A stretch of DNA of 64,000 bases. Source: Gemmatimonadales bacterium. GTDB lineage: Bacteria; Gemmatimonadota; Gemmatimonadetes; Gemmatimonadales; GWC2-71-9. Shown here piece after piece: positions 46,341 to 57,025 of this stretch. The position numbers and the translations under genes were made by a program. The notes below the pieces were generated by a model. It saw nothing but the letters and a program-made list of their open reading frames with translations, had not been told where the DNA came from and ran no database searches. Position 1 is the stretch's first letter. Every line of letters starts with the position of its first letter. The stretch lies in assembly GCA_041741375.1 (NCBI GenBank), contig JBGSKF010000241.1, forward strand, positions 1,878-65,877, given 5' to 3'.

Positions 46341-47921
46341 ATGACAACCGAACTGGTCACCCTGACGATCGACGGTGCCACGGTCTCCGTTCCCAAGGGA
46401 ACGACGCTGATCGAGGCCGCCAAGCAGGCGGGGGTGCTCATCCCGCATTACTGCTACCATCCGTCGCTCCCCTCTCCGGCGGTGTGCCGGATGTGTCTCG
46501 TGGAGGTGGAGAAGGCACCCAAGCTTCTGCCCGCCTGTGTCACGACCGTGGCGGATGGTCAGGTGGTTCAGGTCCACAGTCCGGCCGCGGAAAAGGCGCG
46601 CGAGGGGGTGCTGGAGTTCCTGCTCATCAACCATCCCCTCGACTGCCCCATCTGTGACCAGGCGGGGGAGTGCGAGCTCCAGGACTATGTTTTCCAGGAG
46701 GGCCGCTCCGGCACCCGCTACGCCGACTACCCGAAACGGTTCAATCCGGTGGAGGAGTTCGGACCGGATGTCCTCTACGTCCCCAACCGCTGCATCCTCT
46801 GCACCCGGTGCGTGCGATTCATGGACGCCGTGGCGGAGACACCGGTGCTGAATGTGTCGGAGCGGGGGGACCGGGCCTACATCGGCATCGATCCCGCGCA
46901 CGCCCTGGATCATCCCTGGGCGGGTAACGTGGTGGACCTCTGCCCGGTCGGATCCCTGATTTCGAAGGATTTCCTGCACAAGGCCCGGGCCTGGGATCTC
47001 GACAAGAGCCCGAGTGTCTGCCCCGGCTGCAGCCAGGGATGCAACATCATGATCGACACGCGCGACGATGTGGTGGTTCGGCTCCGCCCGCGACCCAACC
47101 TCGATGTCAACCGCCACTTCATCTGTGACCATGGCCGGCTCGACTACCGATGGATGAACCGGGGCGACCGGGTCGAGGCCCCCCTGATCCGCGAGGGGGG
47201 ACGTCTGCGGGCCACCGATTGGGACGATGCGCTCGATCGGCTCTCCGCCGCCGTCGGGGACGCGGGGCAGGGGGACGTGGTCCTCCTGGCCTCCGCACGC
47301 GCCTCCACCGAGTCGCTCGGGCTGCTCCACCGCCTGGCGGAAGCCGCGGGGGGAACGGTGAGGGCCGCGGTGCACATCCCGCAGGGCGAGGAGCACTCGC
47401 TTCCGGGCATACCCCATCTGGCCCTGCGGGCGGAGCGGGTTCCCAATGCTCTCGGGGCCCGCCTCGTCGGGTACACCGATGCCTGGAACGCCGCGCTCGA
47501 CCGGGTGGCCTCTGCGGCCCTGGTGATGGTCCTGGATCTGAACCTGCCCGAGCTCCTCGACCGGCTCGCGGCGGCCACCGGGGTGGTGTGCGTGCTTGAC
47601 ACGATCGACCGGGAGTGGCCCGTCGCCGTGAGCCACGTCCTTCCCGTTTCGACCATGGCCGAGGAGCAGGGAACCTGGATCAATCGGGACGGCCGGGCCC
47701 AGGCGTACCACCCCGCCCGTCATGCCCCGGGCATGGCGCGACCCGCCTGGTGGGTGGCCGCCGAGGCCTGGTCCCGGCTCGAACCGGGGCGACAAGCGGA
47801 GGCGGGGGTGGATGATGCCATGGCCAGTGTGGCCTCGGTCATCCCGGCGCTCGACGGACTCACGCCCTCGCGGCTGGGACTGACCGGGCGGATCGTCGCC
47901 GGCGCGGGAGTCCACGGATGA
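46341..47921 (+). CDS. nuoG: NADH-quinone oxidoreductase subunit G (short form, 526 aa)
   Basis: Motifs: CYHPSL...CRMCLVEV, HPLDCPICDQAGECELQD, RCILCTRCVRF. Confidence 0.9.
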   Translation: MTTELVTLTIDGATVSVPKGTTLIEAAKQAGVLIPHYCYHPSLPSPAVCRMCLVEVEKAPKLLPACVTTVADGQVVQVHSPAAEKAREGVLEFLLINHPLDCPICDQAGECELQDYVFQEGRSGTRYADYPKRFNPVEEFGPDVLYVPNRCILCTRCVRFMDAVAETPVLNVSERGDRAYIGIDPAHALDHPWAGNVVDLCPVGSLISKDFLHKARAWDLDKSPSVCPGCSQGCNIMIDTRDDVVVRLRPRPNLDVNRHFICDHGRLDYRWMNRGDRVEAPLIREGGRLRATDWDDALDRLSAAVGDAGQGDVVLLASARASTESLGLLHRLAEAAGGTVRAAVHIPQGEEHSLPGIPHLALRAERVPNALGARLVGYTDAWNAALDRVASAALVMVLDLNLPELLDRLAAATGVVCVLDTIDREWPVAVSHVLPVSTMAEEQGTWINRDGRAQAYHPARHAPGMARPAWWVAAEAWSRLEPGRQAEAGVDDAMASVASVIPALDGLTPSRLGLTGRIVAGAGVHG

Positions 47922-49165
47922 CCCCGGAGCTCAAGGGGTTCCTGCTGCTGTCCACTCTCAAGATGCTCGCCGTGTTCACGGTCACCATGGTCGGGGTGGC
48001 CTTGCTCACGCTGATGGAGCGGAAGGTGTCCGCCTGGATGCAGAACCGGCGGGGCCCGAACCGGGTCGGGTGGGCCGGCCTCCTGCAACCCGCCGCCGAC
48101 GGCGTGAAGAACATCCTGAAGGAGGAGACCCTCCCGGGACAGGCCAACCCGATCATCTTCATGCTGGCTCCCGCTCTCGCCTTCATCCCGGCAATGCTCC
48201 TCGGGGCGGTCATTCCCTGGGGGGCTCCCGTCCAGGTCGACTTCGACTTCATGCTTCCCCTGGTGGGACGCTTCGTGCACCAGGGCCTGATGCCCCTGGC
48301 AGTGGTGGACCTGCCGATCGGATTTCTCTTCGTCCTGGCCATCAGTTCCCTCGGGGTGTACGGGATCGCCTTGGCCGGCTGGTCCTCGAACAGCAAGTAC
48401 AGCCTGCTGGGCGGTCTGCGGTCGAGTGCCCAGATGGTGAGTTACGAGGTCGCGATGGGGATGAGCCTGATCCCGGTGCTCCTCCTGTCGGGGAACGTGT
48501 CCTTCGGTGCCATCATTGCGGAGCAGCAGCAAGGACTCTGGTTCGTGCTGCCACTCTTCCTCTCGTTTTTCCTCTTTCTGATCTCCGGATTTGCGGAAAC
48601 AAACCGGCTCCCCTTCGACATGCCCGAGGCGGAGTCCGAACTGGTCGCGGGATATCATACCGAATACAGCGCGATGAAGTTCTCGATGTTCTTCATCGCG
48701 GAGTATGCCAACATCGTGACCATCGCGGCGATGGTCGTCACCCTCTTCTTCGGCGGATGGGACATCCCGTTCACGCGCTGGGACGAAGGGGGAGGGATAG
48801 TGCCGGCGGTGGCCACGGCCGGGGTCATGTTCCTCAAGGTGCTGTTCTGGATCTTCTTCGTCATGTGGATCCGCTGGACCCTACCCCGGTTCCGATACGA
48901 CCAGTTGATGGCCATCGGGTGGAAGTTCATGCTCCCCCTGGCTCTCGCGTACATCATGGTGACCGGGTTTGCCATCGTCGGCATCGACCAGGGCCTTGGG
49001 GTGACCAGTCCGCGCCTCAAGATGTTCCTTCTGTTCGGGCTGAATCTGGTCCTGGGGTATCTCGTGTTCTTCATTCTTGACCGCGGGGTCATCATCTCGG
49101 GGGTGGGCCCGCGGCGGTCTGTTCTTCCGATGGCGGAGCCTGGCCGCTCCGAGGGAGTGTCCTGA
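47918..49165 (+). CDS. nuoH: NADH-quinone oxidoreductase subunit H
   Basis: Multi-TM. Motifs: MERKVSAWMQNRRGPNRVG, ETNRLPFDMPEAESELVAGYHTEYS. Confidence 0.95.
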   Translation: MTPELKGFLLLSTLKMLAVFTVTMVGVALLTLMERKVSAWMQNRRGPNRVGWAGLLQPAADGVKNILKEETLPGQANPIIFMLAPALAFIPAMLLGAVIPWGAPVQVDFDFMLPLVGRFVHQGLMPLAVVDLPIGFLFVLAISSLGVYGIALAGWSSNSKYSLLGGLRSSAQMVSYEVAMGMSLIPVLLLSGNVSFGAIIAEQQQGLWFVLPLFLSFFLFLISGFAETNRLPFDMPEAESELVAGYHTEYSAMKFSMFFIAEYANIVTIAAMVVTLFFGGWDIPFTRWDEGGGIVPAVATAGVMFLKVLFWIFFVMWIRWTLPRFRYDQLMAIGWKFMLPLALAYIMVTGFAIVGIDQGLGVTSPRLKMFLLFGLNLVLGYLVFFILDRGVIISGVGPRRSVLPMAEPGRSEGVS

Positions 49166-49671
49166 TGGCGATCGGCGTCAAGGTTCTCACCCGACCGGGA
49201 CGGGAAACCAGCTACATCCGGGCCGCGTTGACGGGAATGGCCCTCACATTCCGCCACATGTTCGAGCCCAAGGTCACGATGCAGTACCCGGAGCAGAAGA
49301 GCACCGACGAGTGGAGCCTTTCGCCGCGGTGGCGGGGCACCCACCGGATGATGGCCGACGAGCAGGGACGCTCGAAGTGCGTGGCCTGCGGGCTCTGTCC
49401 CCAGATCTGTCCCGCCAACTGCATCAAGTTGGTCCCGGGGGAAGACGAGGCCGGGAATCGCTACCCCCTGATCTATGAGATCGACGAGTTCCGGTGCGTG
49501 TTCTGCGGGTACTGCCAGGAGGTGTGCCCCGAGGAGGCCATCCACGTGGGGGTGCACTTTGAGAACGCCGAATACCAGCGGGAGCGGTTCGTGTATGACC
49601 TGGAAAGGTTGACCGCCCAGACCCACGCTGTCTCCACCCTGTGGGACCCTGCGGACCCCCGGGGCGAATGA
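49165..49671 (+). CDS. nuoI: NADH-quinone oxidoreductase subunit I
   Basis: Two 4Fe-4S motifs: CVACGLCPQICP and CVFCGYCQEVCP. Confidence 0.95.
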   Translation: MAIGVKVLTRPGRETSYIRAALTGMALTFRHMFEPKVTMQYPEQKSTDEWSLSPRWRGTHRMMADEQGRSKCVACGLCPQICPANCIKLVPGEDEAGNRYPLIYEIDEFRCVFCGYCQEVCPEEAIHVGVHFENAEYQRERFVYDLERLTAQTHAVSTLWDPADPRGE

Positions 49672-50228
49672 TGACCGAACTCGTCTCCTACATCCTCGCG
49701 GCGGCCGCGCTGGTGTCCGCCCTGCTGACGATCGTGCAACGGAACCCGGTGGCGGCGGCCATGTGGCTCGTCTCCACGATGTTCGCTCTGGCGGCCATCT
49801 ACGTGCTGCTGGGCGCGCAGTTCATCGCCGCGATCCAGGTGCTGGTCTATGCCGGCGCGGTGATGGTCCTCTTCCTGTTCGTCATCATGCTCCTCAATCT
49901 GGGCCGCGACCAGGGTGATTTCCGGACCGGCCCTATCTGGGTCATGGCGGCAGGCCTCGCGCTGGCCCTGGCGGTGGAGTTGATGGTGCTGGGCCGGTAC
50001 ACCCCCGACCGGCTCGTGGTGGACGTGACCAGCCGACCCGCAGCCGGGGGGGCGGCCAGCGTCCTCGCGATGGGGGATTCTCTCCGCCTGTTGACGGAGA
50101 CCCGGGGCGCGGTGGGTGTCGTGGCCGAGCCTCTCTTCCGAAACTACCTGGTGCCGTTCGAGATCACGTCCATCCTCCTGCTCACCGCCGCGGTCGGGGC
50201 GGTTGTCCTCGCAAAGCGGAAACTCTGA
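49668..50228 (+). CDS. nuoJ: NADH-quinone oxidoreductase subunit J
   Basis: ATG at 49668 inside ORF 49641..50228. TM protein with [19 protein letters not shown]. Confidence 0.9.
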   Translation: MMTELVSYILAAAALVSALLTIVQRNPVAAAMWLVSTMFALAAIYVLLGAQFIAAIQVLVYAGAVMVLFLFVIMLLNLGRDQGDFRTGPIWVMAAGLALALAVELMVLGRYTPDRLVVDVTSRPAAGGAASVLAMGDSLRLLTETRGAVGVVAEPLFRNYLVPFEITSILLLTAAVGAVVLAKRKL

Positions 50229-50524
50229 TGCTCCTTGGCCCTGCCCTGACCCTCTCGGCTCTGCTGTTCTGCATCGGCACGGTGGGTGTTCTCGTCCGCC
50301 GAAACGCCATCGTGGTCTTCATGTGTGTCGAGCTCATGCTGAACGCGGTCAACCTCACGTTCGTGGCTTTGGCGCAATACCATGGCCTGGGCGGGCAGGT
50401 GATGGTGTTCTTCGTGATGACGGTCGCCGCCGCCGAGGCCGCTGTCGGTCTGGCCATCATCCTGGCCATGTTCCGTCACGGGGCCAGCATTGACCTCCGG
50501 TCCACCACCCTCCTGCACGGATGA
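50228..50524 (+). CDS. nuoK: NADH-quinone oxidoreductase subunit K
   Basis: 98 aa, 3 TM. Motifs: [22 protein letters not shown]. Confidence 0.95.
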   Translation: MLLGPALTLSALLFCIGTVGVLVRRNAIVVFMCVELMLNAVNLTFVALAQYHGLGGQVMVFFVMTVAAAEAAVGLAIILAMFRHGASIDLRSTTLLHG

Positions 50525-52566
50525 GCATGTCCTCGTTCCTTTTCCCGGCGCTGGCCCTGACCCAGGAGGCGGCGGGCACACCCCTCCCCGTCGCCGTCCA
50601 GCTGGTCTGGCTCACGATTGCCCTGCCACTGGTCGGATTCCTGGCCAATGGCATCCTGGCTCTCCGACGGCCCACGGCCACCGGGCTGGTGTCCCTGATC
50701 GGGCCGGGCGTTCTCCTCGCCGCCTTCGGCGTGGCGGTCGCGGCCTTCCTGGGATACAGCGGGTCCGGAGCGCATGAGCCCGCGCTGATCCCCCTCTGGT
50801 CCTGGATCGCGGCCGGACGCCTCTCCCTCGATCTCACGCTCCAGGTCGATCAGCTCTCCCTCGTGATGCTGCTCGTGGTCACCGGAGTCGGGAGCCTGAT
50901 TCACCTGTTCAGTGTCGGCTACATGAGGACCGACCCGGGATACGCGCGCTACTTCGCCTACCTGAACCTGTTCGTCGTCTTCATGCTGGTCCTGGTGCTC
51001 GGATCCAGCCTCCCGGTTCTCTTCATCGGATGGGAGGGGGTCGGACTCTGCAGCTACCTCCTCATCGGCTTCTGGTATACCGAGAAGGCCAACGCCGACG
51101 CGGGCAAGAAGGCCTTCATCGTGAACCGGATCGGCGATTTCGGCGCCTTGATCGCGATGTTCATGCTGTGGCACACCGTGGGGAGCCTCAGTTTCACCGA
51201 GATCACAGCCCGCGCCCCGGAACTCTTCCCGGTGGGGGGAGCGGTCATCACGGCCATCACCCTGTTCCTGTTCCTCGGCTGCGCCGGAAAATCCGCCCAG
51301 ATCCCCCTCTACGTGTGGCTGCCCGACGCCATGGCGGGCCCCACGCCGGTGTCCGCCCTCATCCACGCCGCCACGATGGTGACGGCCGGAGTCTATCTGG
51401 TGGCGCGCACCAGCGTGCTCTTTGCCCTGGCGCCGACCACCGGGATGGTGGTCGCGGGAGTCGGGGCGCTGACCGCGCTCTTCGCCGCCACCATCGGGCT
51501 GAGGCAGTATGACATCAAGAAGGTCCTGGCCTACTCGACAGTGTCCCAGCTGGGTTACATGTTCCTCGCCGTGGGGACCGGGGCCTGGGCCGCGGGCATC
51601 TTCCACCTCGTCACCCACGCCTTCTTCAAGGCACTCCTCTTTCTGGGGGCCGGCAGCGTGATCCACGCGATGCACCATGCCTACCATGCCACCCACTCCC
51701 ACGAAGACGCCCAGGACATGCGCAACATGGGGGGGCTGCGCTCGGCGCTTCCCTGGACCTGGATTCTGATGTGGCTCGCGACCCTCGCCATTGCCGGAGT
51801 TCCCGGGTTCTCCGGATTCTTCTCGAAGGACGAGATCCTGGCGTTCGCGTTTTCCCGGGGAGCAGACGAGCCGATCTGGTACCTTTTCTGGGCCATGGGA
51901 GCGCTCGCGGCACTGCTCACGGCATTCTACATGGCTCGCCTGATGATCATGACCTTCCATGGGTCCAATCGCACCGGAACGGCGGAGCGGCCCCACCTGC
52001 ATGAGGCGCCCTGGATCATGACCGGCCCCCTTGCCGTGCTGGGCGTGCTGGCGGTGATCGGGGGAGTGCTCAACCTGCCCGCCTTCATGCCCGCGGGGCC
52101 GCATCATCTGCTCGACGACTGGCTCGAGCCGGTCCTGGCTCCCGCGCTCGCCATCCTTCCCGTGGAGCTGCCCCATGGTGCCACGGAGACGGCGCTCATT
52201 CTCGGGGCGATCGCCATCGCGGTGATCGGCCTGGCCTGGGGAATCCGGGCCACGCTCCGGGCCGACACCGTTCCTGCCCGCGAGGCTGAACCGGACGTGG
52301 GCTGGGCCCGGCTCCTGTACGAGAAGTATCGGGTGGACGAGTTGTACCACGAGTTCATCGTCGGCCCCCTGGTCACCCTGTCCCGGGTGGTGCTCTGGAA
52401 GGGAATGGACCAGGGAGTAATCGACGGAGGGCTGGCCAACGGCTCGGCCCGGTTGATGCGCGGCCTGGGACGGGTGGGAAGCCGCCTGCAGTCCGGGCAG
52501 GTCGGAGTGTACGTCATCTTCTTCCTGGCTGGCGTGGTGTGGGTCCTCTACGCCGTGGGGCGCTAG
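50521..52566 (+). CDS. nuoL: NADH-quinone oxidoreductase subunit L
   Basis: 681 aa antiporter-like subunit. Motifs: [47 protein letters not shown]. Confidence 0.95.
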   Translation: MSMSSFLFPALALTQEAAGTPLPVAVQLVWLTIALPLVGFLANGILALRRPTATGLVSLIGPGVLLAAFGVAVAAFLGYSGSGAHEPALIPLWSWIAAGRLSLDLTLQVDQLSLVMLLVVTGVGSLIHLFSVGYMRTDPGYARYFAYLNLFVVFMLVLVLGSSLPVLFIGWEGVGLCSYLLIGFWYTEKANADAGKKAFIVNRIGDFGALIAMFMLWHTVGSLSFTEITARAPELFPVGGAVITAITLFLFLGCAGKSAQIPLYVWLPDAMAGPTPVSALIHAATMVTAGVYLVARTSVLFALAPTTGMVVAGVGALTALFAATIGLRQYDIKKVLAYSTVSQLGYMFLAVGTGAWAAGIFHLVTHAFFKALLFLGAGSVIHAMHHAYHATHSHEDAQDMRNMGGLRSALPWTWILMWLATLAIAGVPGFSGFFSKDEILAFAFSRGADEPIWYLFWAMGALAALLTAFYMARLMIMTFHGSNRTGTAERPHLHEAPWIMTGPLAVLGVLAVIGGVLNLPAFMPAGPHHLLDDWLEPVLAPALAILPVELPHGATETALILGAIAIAVIGLAWGIRATLRADTVPAREAEPDVGWARLLYEKYRVDELYHEFIVGPLVTLSRVVLWKGMDQGVIDGGLANGSARLMRGLGRVGSRLQSGQVGVYVIFFLAGVVWVLYAVGR

Positions 52567-52570
52567 AACC

Positions 52571-54124
52571 ATGGCTGCCTTCCTCGACTCCGTTCTCTAC
52601 GGGCAGTGGATCCTCCACGCCCTCATTCTGGTGCCGCTCCTCGGGGTCCTTCCGGTGGCGCTGGCTCCCGCCCGCCATGCCCGGTCCCTCACCCTCGGCA
52701 TCACCGCCCTGGAGTTCGTGCTCTCCCTCGGTCTCTGGTGGGTCGATCTCTCCGCCGGGACCATGGCCCTGGTGACCACGACTCCCTGGTTGCCCGCCTG
52801 GGGGATCCACTACACCCTCGGAATCGATGGCATCAGTCTCTTCATGGTTCTGCTCTCGACCGGACTGACCCTGCTGGCGGTGCTGGGGAGCTGGACCTAC
52901 ATCACCACGAAGGAACGCGGCTATTACGGCTTCCTGCTGACCCTGCTGGCGGGGATGCTCGGCGTCTTCCTGGCGCTCGACCTCTTCGTGTTCTACGTGT
53001 TCTGGGAGCTCATGCTCATTCCGATGTACTTCCTCATCGGGATCTGGGGCGGCCACAACCGTCTGTACGCCGCGATCAAGTTCTTCGTGTTCACGATGGC
53101 CGGGTCGCTGCTGATGCTGGTGGCCATCCTCGCCATGGTCTGGCGGATCGGCGAGGCCACGGGAACCCTGTCGTTCGACTATCAGCATCTCCTGGCCAAC
53201 GCCGGTCATCTCGGTTCCCTCGCGCCGTGGCTCTTCACCGCCTTCGCCCTGGCCTTTGCCATCAAGGTGCCGGTCTTCCCGTTCCATACCTGGCTGCCCG
53301 ACGCCCACGTCGAGGCGCCGACGGCCGGAAGCGTCATCCTCGCGGGCGTGCTGCTCAAGATGGGCGCCTACGGGTTTCTCCGGTTCGCCATTCCCTTCTT
53401 CCCTGAGGTGGCCCTCGGCTCGTTCGTTTCGGGCCTGGTGGCGGTGCTGGCCGTAATCGGGATCATCTACGGCGCCCTGGTCGCCATGGTCCAGCCCGAC
53501 ATCAAGAAGCTGGTGGCCTACTCCTCGGTCAGCCACCTCGGGTTCGTCATGCTGGGCATCTGGGCTGGAACGGTGCAGAGCGTGCAAGGGGCGATGATGG
53601 TGATGATCGGGCATGGTTTCTCCACCGGGGCGCTCTTCTTTCTCATCGGCATGCTGTATGAGCGCCGCCACACCCGGGAGATCTCCGCCTTTGGTGGTTT
53701 GGCCCGGGTGATGCCGGTCTTCAGCCTCATCTTCACGGTGGTGGCCCTCGCCTCGGTGGGCCTTCCGGGACTGAACGGGTTCGTCGGGGAATTCCTGGTG
53801 CTCCTCGGGAGCTACGGCACGTTCCCTCTGGCCACGGTTCTCGCCACAACCGGTGTCATCTTCGCGGCAGCCTATCTCTTGTGGGCTCTCCAGCGCATCA
53901 TTTTCGAACGTCTCAACCCCGACACCAATGCCGGTCTCCCCGACCTCACCTCCCGTGAGCTGCTCGTGCTGATGCCCCTCCTGGCGGGCATCCTCTGGAT
54001 GGGTCTCTACCCGAACCCCGTCCTTCGGCGGATCGAGCCCGCCACCCGGCACTATCTGGAGACGGTAGGAATCCCCGCTCCGCCCCCCGGTCCCGGCCCC
54101 GTCGTCGCGGGAGGTGCACCATGA
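52571..54124 (+). CDS. nuoM: NADH-quinone oxidoreductase subunit M
   Basis: Motifs: FYVFWELMLIPMYFLIG, KVPVFPFHTWLPDAHVEAPTAGSV. Confidence 0.95.
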   Translation: MAAFLDSVLYGQWILHALILVPLLGVLPVALAPARHARSLTLGITALEFVLSLGLWWVDLSAGTMALVTTTPWLPAWGIHYTLGIDGISLFMVLLSTGLTLLAVLGSWTYITTKERGYYGFLLTLLAGMLGVFLALDLFVFYVFWELMLIPMYFLIGIWGGHNRLYAAIKFFVFTMAGSLLMLVAILAMVWRIGEATGTLSFDYQHLLANAGHLGSLAPWLFTAFALAFAIKVPVFPFHTWLPDAHVEAPTAGSVILAGVLLKMGAYGFLRFAIPFFPEVALGSFVSGLVAVLAVIGIIYGALVAMVQPDIKKLVAYSSVSHLGFVMLGIWAGTVQSVQGAMMVMIGHGFSTGALFFLIGMLYERRHTREISAFGGLARVMPVFSLIFTVVALASVGLPGLNGFVGEFLVLLGSYGTFPLATVLATTGVIFAAAYLLWALQRIIFERLNPDTNAGLPDLTSRELLVLMPLLAGILWMGLYPNPVLRRIEPATRHYLETVGIPAPPPGPGPVVAGGAP

Positions 54125-55611
54125 TCCTCGACCTCGACACTGCCCTCGGCATCACGCTCGCGCTGCTCCCCGAGCTCGTCCTGACCCTGGCCGCCGTGGT
54201 GGCACTCCTCGCCACCGCCTGGCGGCACACGACCCCGGCCGATTCCCGCCTCATCGGATGGATCAGCCTCGCCGGTACCGGACTCGCCACCGTGGCCCTC
54301 GCTGTCCTCTGGGCATGGTCCCCGGACTCCCGCGGCTCCCTGGCCATGGTGGCGATGGACGGGTTCCGCTACGCCTCTCTCGGGATCATCCTCCTCGCCA
54401 CGGCCGGCTCCATTCTCTTCAGCCTGGCCTACATGGAACGCGAGGAGATGAACGCTCCCGAGTACTACGTCCTGATCCTCCTGGCCGCCACGGGCATGCT
54501 GTTCCTGGCGGGAGCCACCGATCTCATCGTGCTCTTTCTCGGGCTCGAGGTCATGTCCGTGGCCATGTACGTGTTGGCGGGGTACGATCGCCGAAGCCGA
54601 TTCTCGAGTGAGGCCGCCCTCAAATACTTCCTGATCGGGGCCTTTGCCTCCGCGTTCCTGCTGTACGGCATCGCGCTGCTCTATGGGGCCACTGGCCACA
54701 CCGACTTCCGCAGCATCGGGCTCATTCTCCAACCGCCGGTCTCCACGATGGGTGCGCTGGGCATCGGCCTCCTTCTCGTGGCGCTCGCCTTCAAGGTCTC
54801 GGCGGTCCCTTTCCACATGTGGGCTCCCGACGTCTATGACGGAGCCCCCACTCCCGTGACCGGCTTCATGGCCACGGGCGTCAAGGCGGCCGGGTTCGTG
54901 GCGCTCACCCGGGTCCTGATCGAAGCCCTCCCGGGGGCCACCTCGGTCTGGATGCCGGTTGTGGGCGTGCTGGCCGGCGCCTCGATGATCGTGGGAAATC
55001 TGGTGGCGCTCTCGCAGCGCTCGCTGAAGAGGATGCTGGCCTGGTCCTCCGTGGCCCACGCCGGGTATCTGCTCCTGGCGGTGGCGACCGGCACACGCCT
55101 CGGGATCACCGCCATGCTGGTGTATCTCCTGGCCTACGTGCTCACGACCCTGGCCACCTTCGGGGTACTTGCCGTGCTCGGACGGGGCGGGGAAAGAGAT
55201 GTGACTCTCGACTCCCTCGCGGGGCTGGGCCGGACTCGTCCCGGTCTCTCGCTGGCCCTCACCATTGCGATGCTCTCCCTTCTCGGTTTCCCGGGAACAT
55301 TCGGCTTCATCGGAAAGTGGACAATCCTGACCGCCGCCGTGAGCGAGCACCACCTCGTCCTGTCGGTGCTCCTGGTCGTGACGAGTCTGGTGTCCGCGGG
55401 CTTCTATCTCCCGGTCATCATGGCGATGTACATGCGCCCGGCCGCGGATGACGAGGCCCACGCCCATGTCTGGATGAGTTCCCCCGCGGCCGCCACCGTG
55501 GCGTTTGCGGTGGCCCTGGTTGTCGTCTTCGGGTTCTGGCCTCTGCCTGCGCTCGACACGGCGTTGGAGGGTGCCCGGGCTCTGGTCGAAGCCACGCTCC
55601 ACGCCCCATGA
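54121..55611 (+). CDS. nuoN: NADH-quinone oxidoreductase subunit N
   Basis: Motifs: LGLEVMSVAMYVLAG, KVSAVPFHMWAPDVYDGAPTPV. Confidence 0.95.
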   Translation: MILDLDTALGITLALLPELVLTLAAVVALLATAWRHTTPADSRLIGWISLAGTGLATVALAVLWAWSPDSRGSLAMVAMDGFRYASLGIILLATAGSILFSLAYMEREEMNAPEYYVLILLAATGMLFLAGATDLIVLFLGLEVMSVAMYVLAGYDRRSRFSSEAALKYFLIGAFASAFLLYGIALLYGATGHTDFRSIGLILQPPVSTMGALGIGLLLVALAFKVSAVPFHMWAPDVYDGAPTPVTGFMATGVKAAGFVALTRVLIEALPGATSVWMPVVGVLAGASMIVGNLVALSQRSLKRMLAWSSVAHAGYLLLAVATGTRLGITAMLVYLLAYVLTTLATFGVLAVLGRGGERDVTLDSLAGLGRTRPGLSLALTIAMLSLLGFPGTFGFIGKWTILTAAVSEHHLVLSVLLVVTSLVSAGFYLPVIMAMYMRPAADDEAHAHVWMSSPAAATVAFAVALVVVFGFWPLPALDTALEGARALVEATLHAP

Positions 55612-55627
55612 GCAGACGGAGGATGTC

Positions 55628-57022
55628 ATGACCGAGTATGCCGCCGCACCTCCACGGCATGTTTTCCGGGAGTATGACGTTCGCGGTCTGGTGGACAGTG
55701 AACTGACTCCAGCACTCGCCGCCGCGTTGGGAAGGGCCTTCTGTAGTTCCGTCCAATCCAGCCCGGGACAGACGGGACCGCCACGCATCGTGGTGGGCCG
55801 GGACAACCGGCCCTCCGGGGGAGCCTTGTCCCAATGGGTGTGTCGAGGAATCGCCGAGGCGGGGGGCGTGGCCATCGATATCGGCATGCTTCCCACGCCG
55901 GCTCTCTATTTTGCCGTGCACCACCTCCAGGCGTCCGCGGGAGTCCAGGTCACGGGATCCCACAACCCACCCGAGTACAACGGATTCAAGCTGGCGCTCG
56001 CGACCGGAACCATGCACGGGGATGCCATCCTCGGGCTCCGCGATCTCATCGTGTCCCGGAGCTGGGACACCGGGACGGGAACCGTCGAGGGGCAGGGGGG
56101 GATTCTCGAGGCCTACCGTCAGGCGATCGTGAGCCGCCATCGGGTCGCGCGGCCGGTCCGAGTGGTCGTGGATTGTGGCAACGGCGTGTCCTCCCTCGTG
56201 GCGGTCGCCACCCTGGAGGCACTGGGGATCGAGGTCATTCCCCTCTTCTGCGAGTCGGACGGCACCTTTCCCAACCATCATCCCGATCCCACGGTGCCCG
56301 AGAACCTCCGGGATCTGCAGGATGCGGTCCGCCGGCATCGGGCGGAACTGGGGATCGCCTTCGACGGAGATGGTGATCGCATCGGCGCGGTGGACGAAAC
56401 CGGGCGTATCATCTTCGGGGATCAACTGATGATCCTCTTCGGCCGGGACGCGGTCCGCCGGTTCGGTCCCGGCATCCCGGTCATCTTTGACGTGAAGTGC
56501 TCCAATGCGCTTCCCGCAGCCCTCACAGCGGCCGGGGCGGAGCCGATCATGTGGAAGACGGGTCATTCCCTCATCAAGGCGAAGATGCAGGAGACGGGGG
56601 CTCCCCTGGCCGGTGAGATGAGCGGACACATCTTCTTCGGCGGGGACTGGTTCGGCTTCGACGACGCGCTCTTCGCCGCCGCGCGCCTTCTGGAGATCAC
56701 GGCCTCCGGACCCGGGGGATTGGCAGCTCTGCTGGCCGACATTCCGGCCACAGTGGCCACGCCGGAACTCCGGCTGGCCTGCGAGGAAGAACGAAAGTTC
56801 GCCATCGTGGAGGAGGCCGCCGCGGTCTTCGCGGACCGCTATCCCGTCAACACCATCGACGGGGTTCGCATCGCCTTTCCCGACGGGTGGGGACTCGTGA
56901 GGGCCAGCAACACCCAACCGGTCCTGGTGGCACGGTTCGAGGCGAACACGGAGGCGACCCTTCAGCAATACCGCGACGAGGTGATGTCGTGGCTTGCCGC
57001 CCGCGGCGTGGCGTCAGGGTAG
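55628..57022 (+). CDS. Phosphomannomutase / phosphoglucomutase
   Basis: ATG at 55628 inside ORF 55505..57022. Motifs: FREYDVRG, active-site TGSHNPPEYNGFK, FDGDGDR, GEMSGH. Confidence 0.9.
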   Translation: MTEYAAAPPRHVFREYDVRGLVDSELTPALAAALGRAFCSSVQSSPGQTGPPRIVVGRDNRPSGGALSQWVCRGIAEAGGVAIDIGMLPTPALYFAVHHLQASAGVQVTGSHNPPEYNGFKLALATGTMHGDAILGLRDLIVSRSWDTGTGTVEGQGGILEAYRQAIVSRHRVARPVRVVVDCGNGVSSLVAVATLEALGIEVIPLFCESDGTFPNHHPDPTVPENLRDLQDAVRRHRAELGIAFDGDGDRIGAVDETGRIIFGDQLMILFGRDAVRRFGPGIPVIFDVKCSNALPAALTAAGAEPIMWKTGHSLIKAKMQETGAPLAGEMSGHIFFGGDWFGFDDALFAAARLLEITASGPGGLAALLADIPATVATPELRLACEEERKFAIVEEAAAVFADRYPVNTIDGVRIAFPDGWGLVRASNTQPVLVARFEANTEATLQQYRDEVMSWLAARGVASG

Positions 57023-57025
57023 GTC

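Noticed and set aside
46341-47921. A short NuoG (526 aa) as a possible truncation or pseudogene.
   Set aside because: All N-terminal Fe-S motifs are intact, the frame is continuous, and the stop overlaps the nuoH start. Short NuoG forms exist in several lineages, so this is not evidently anomalous.
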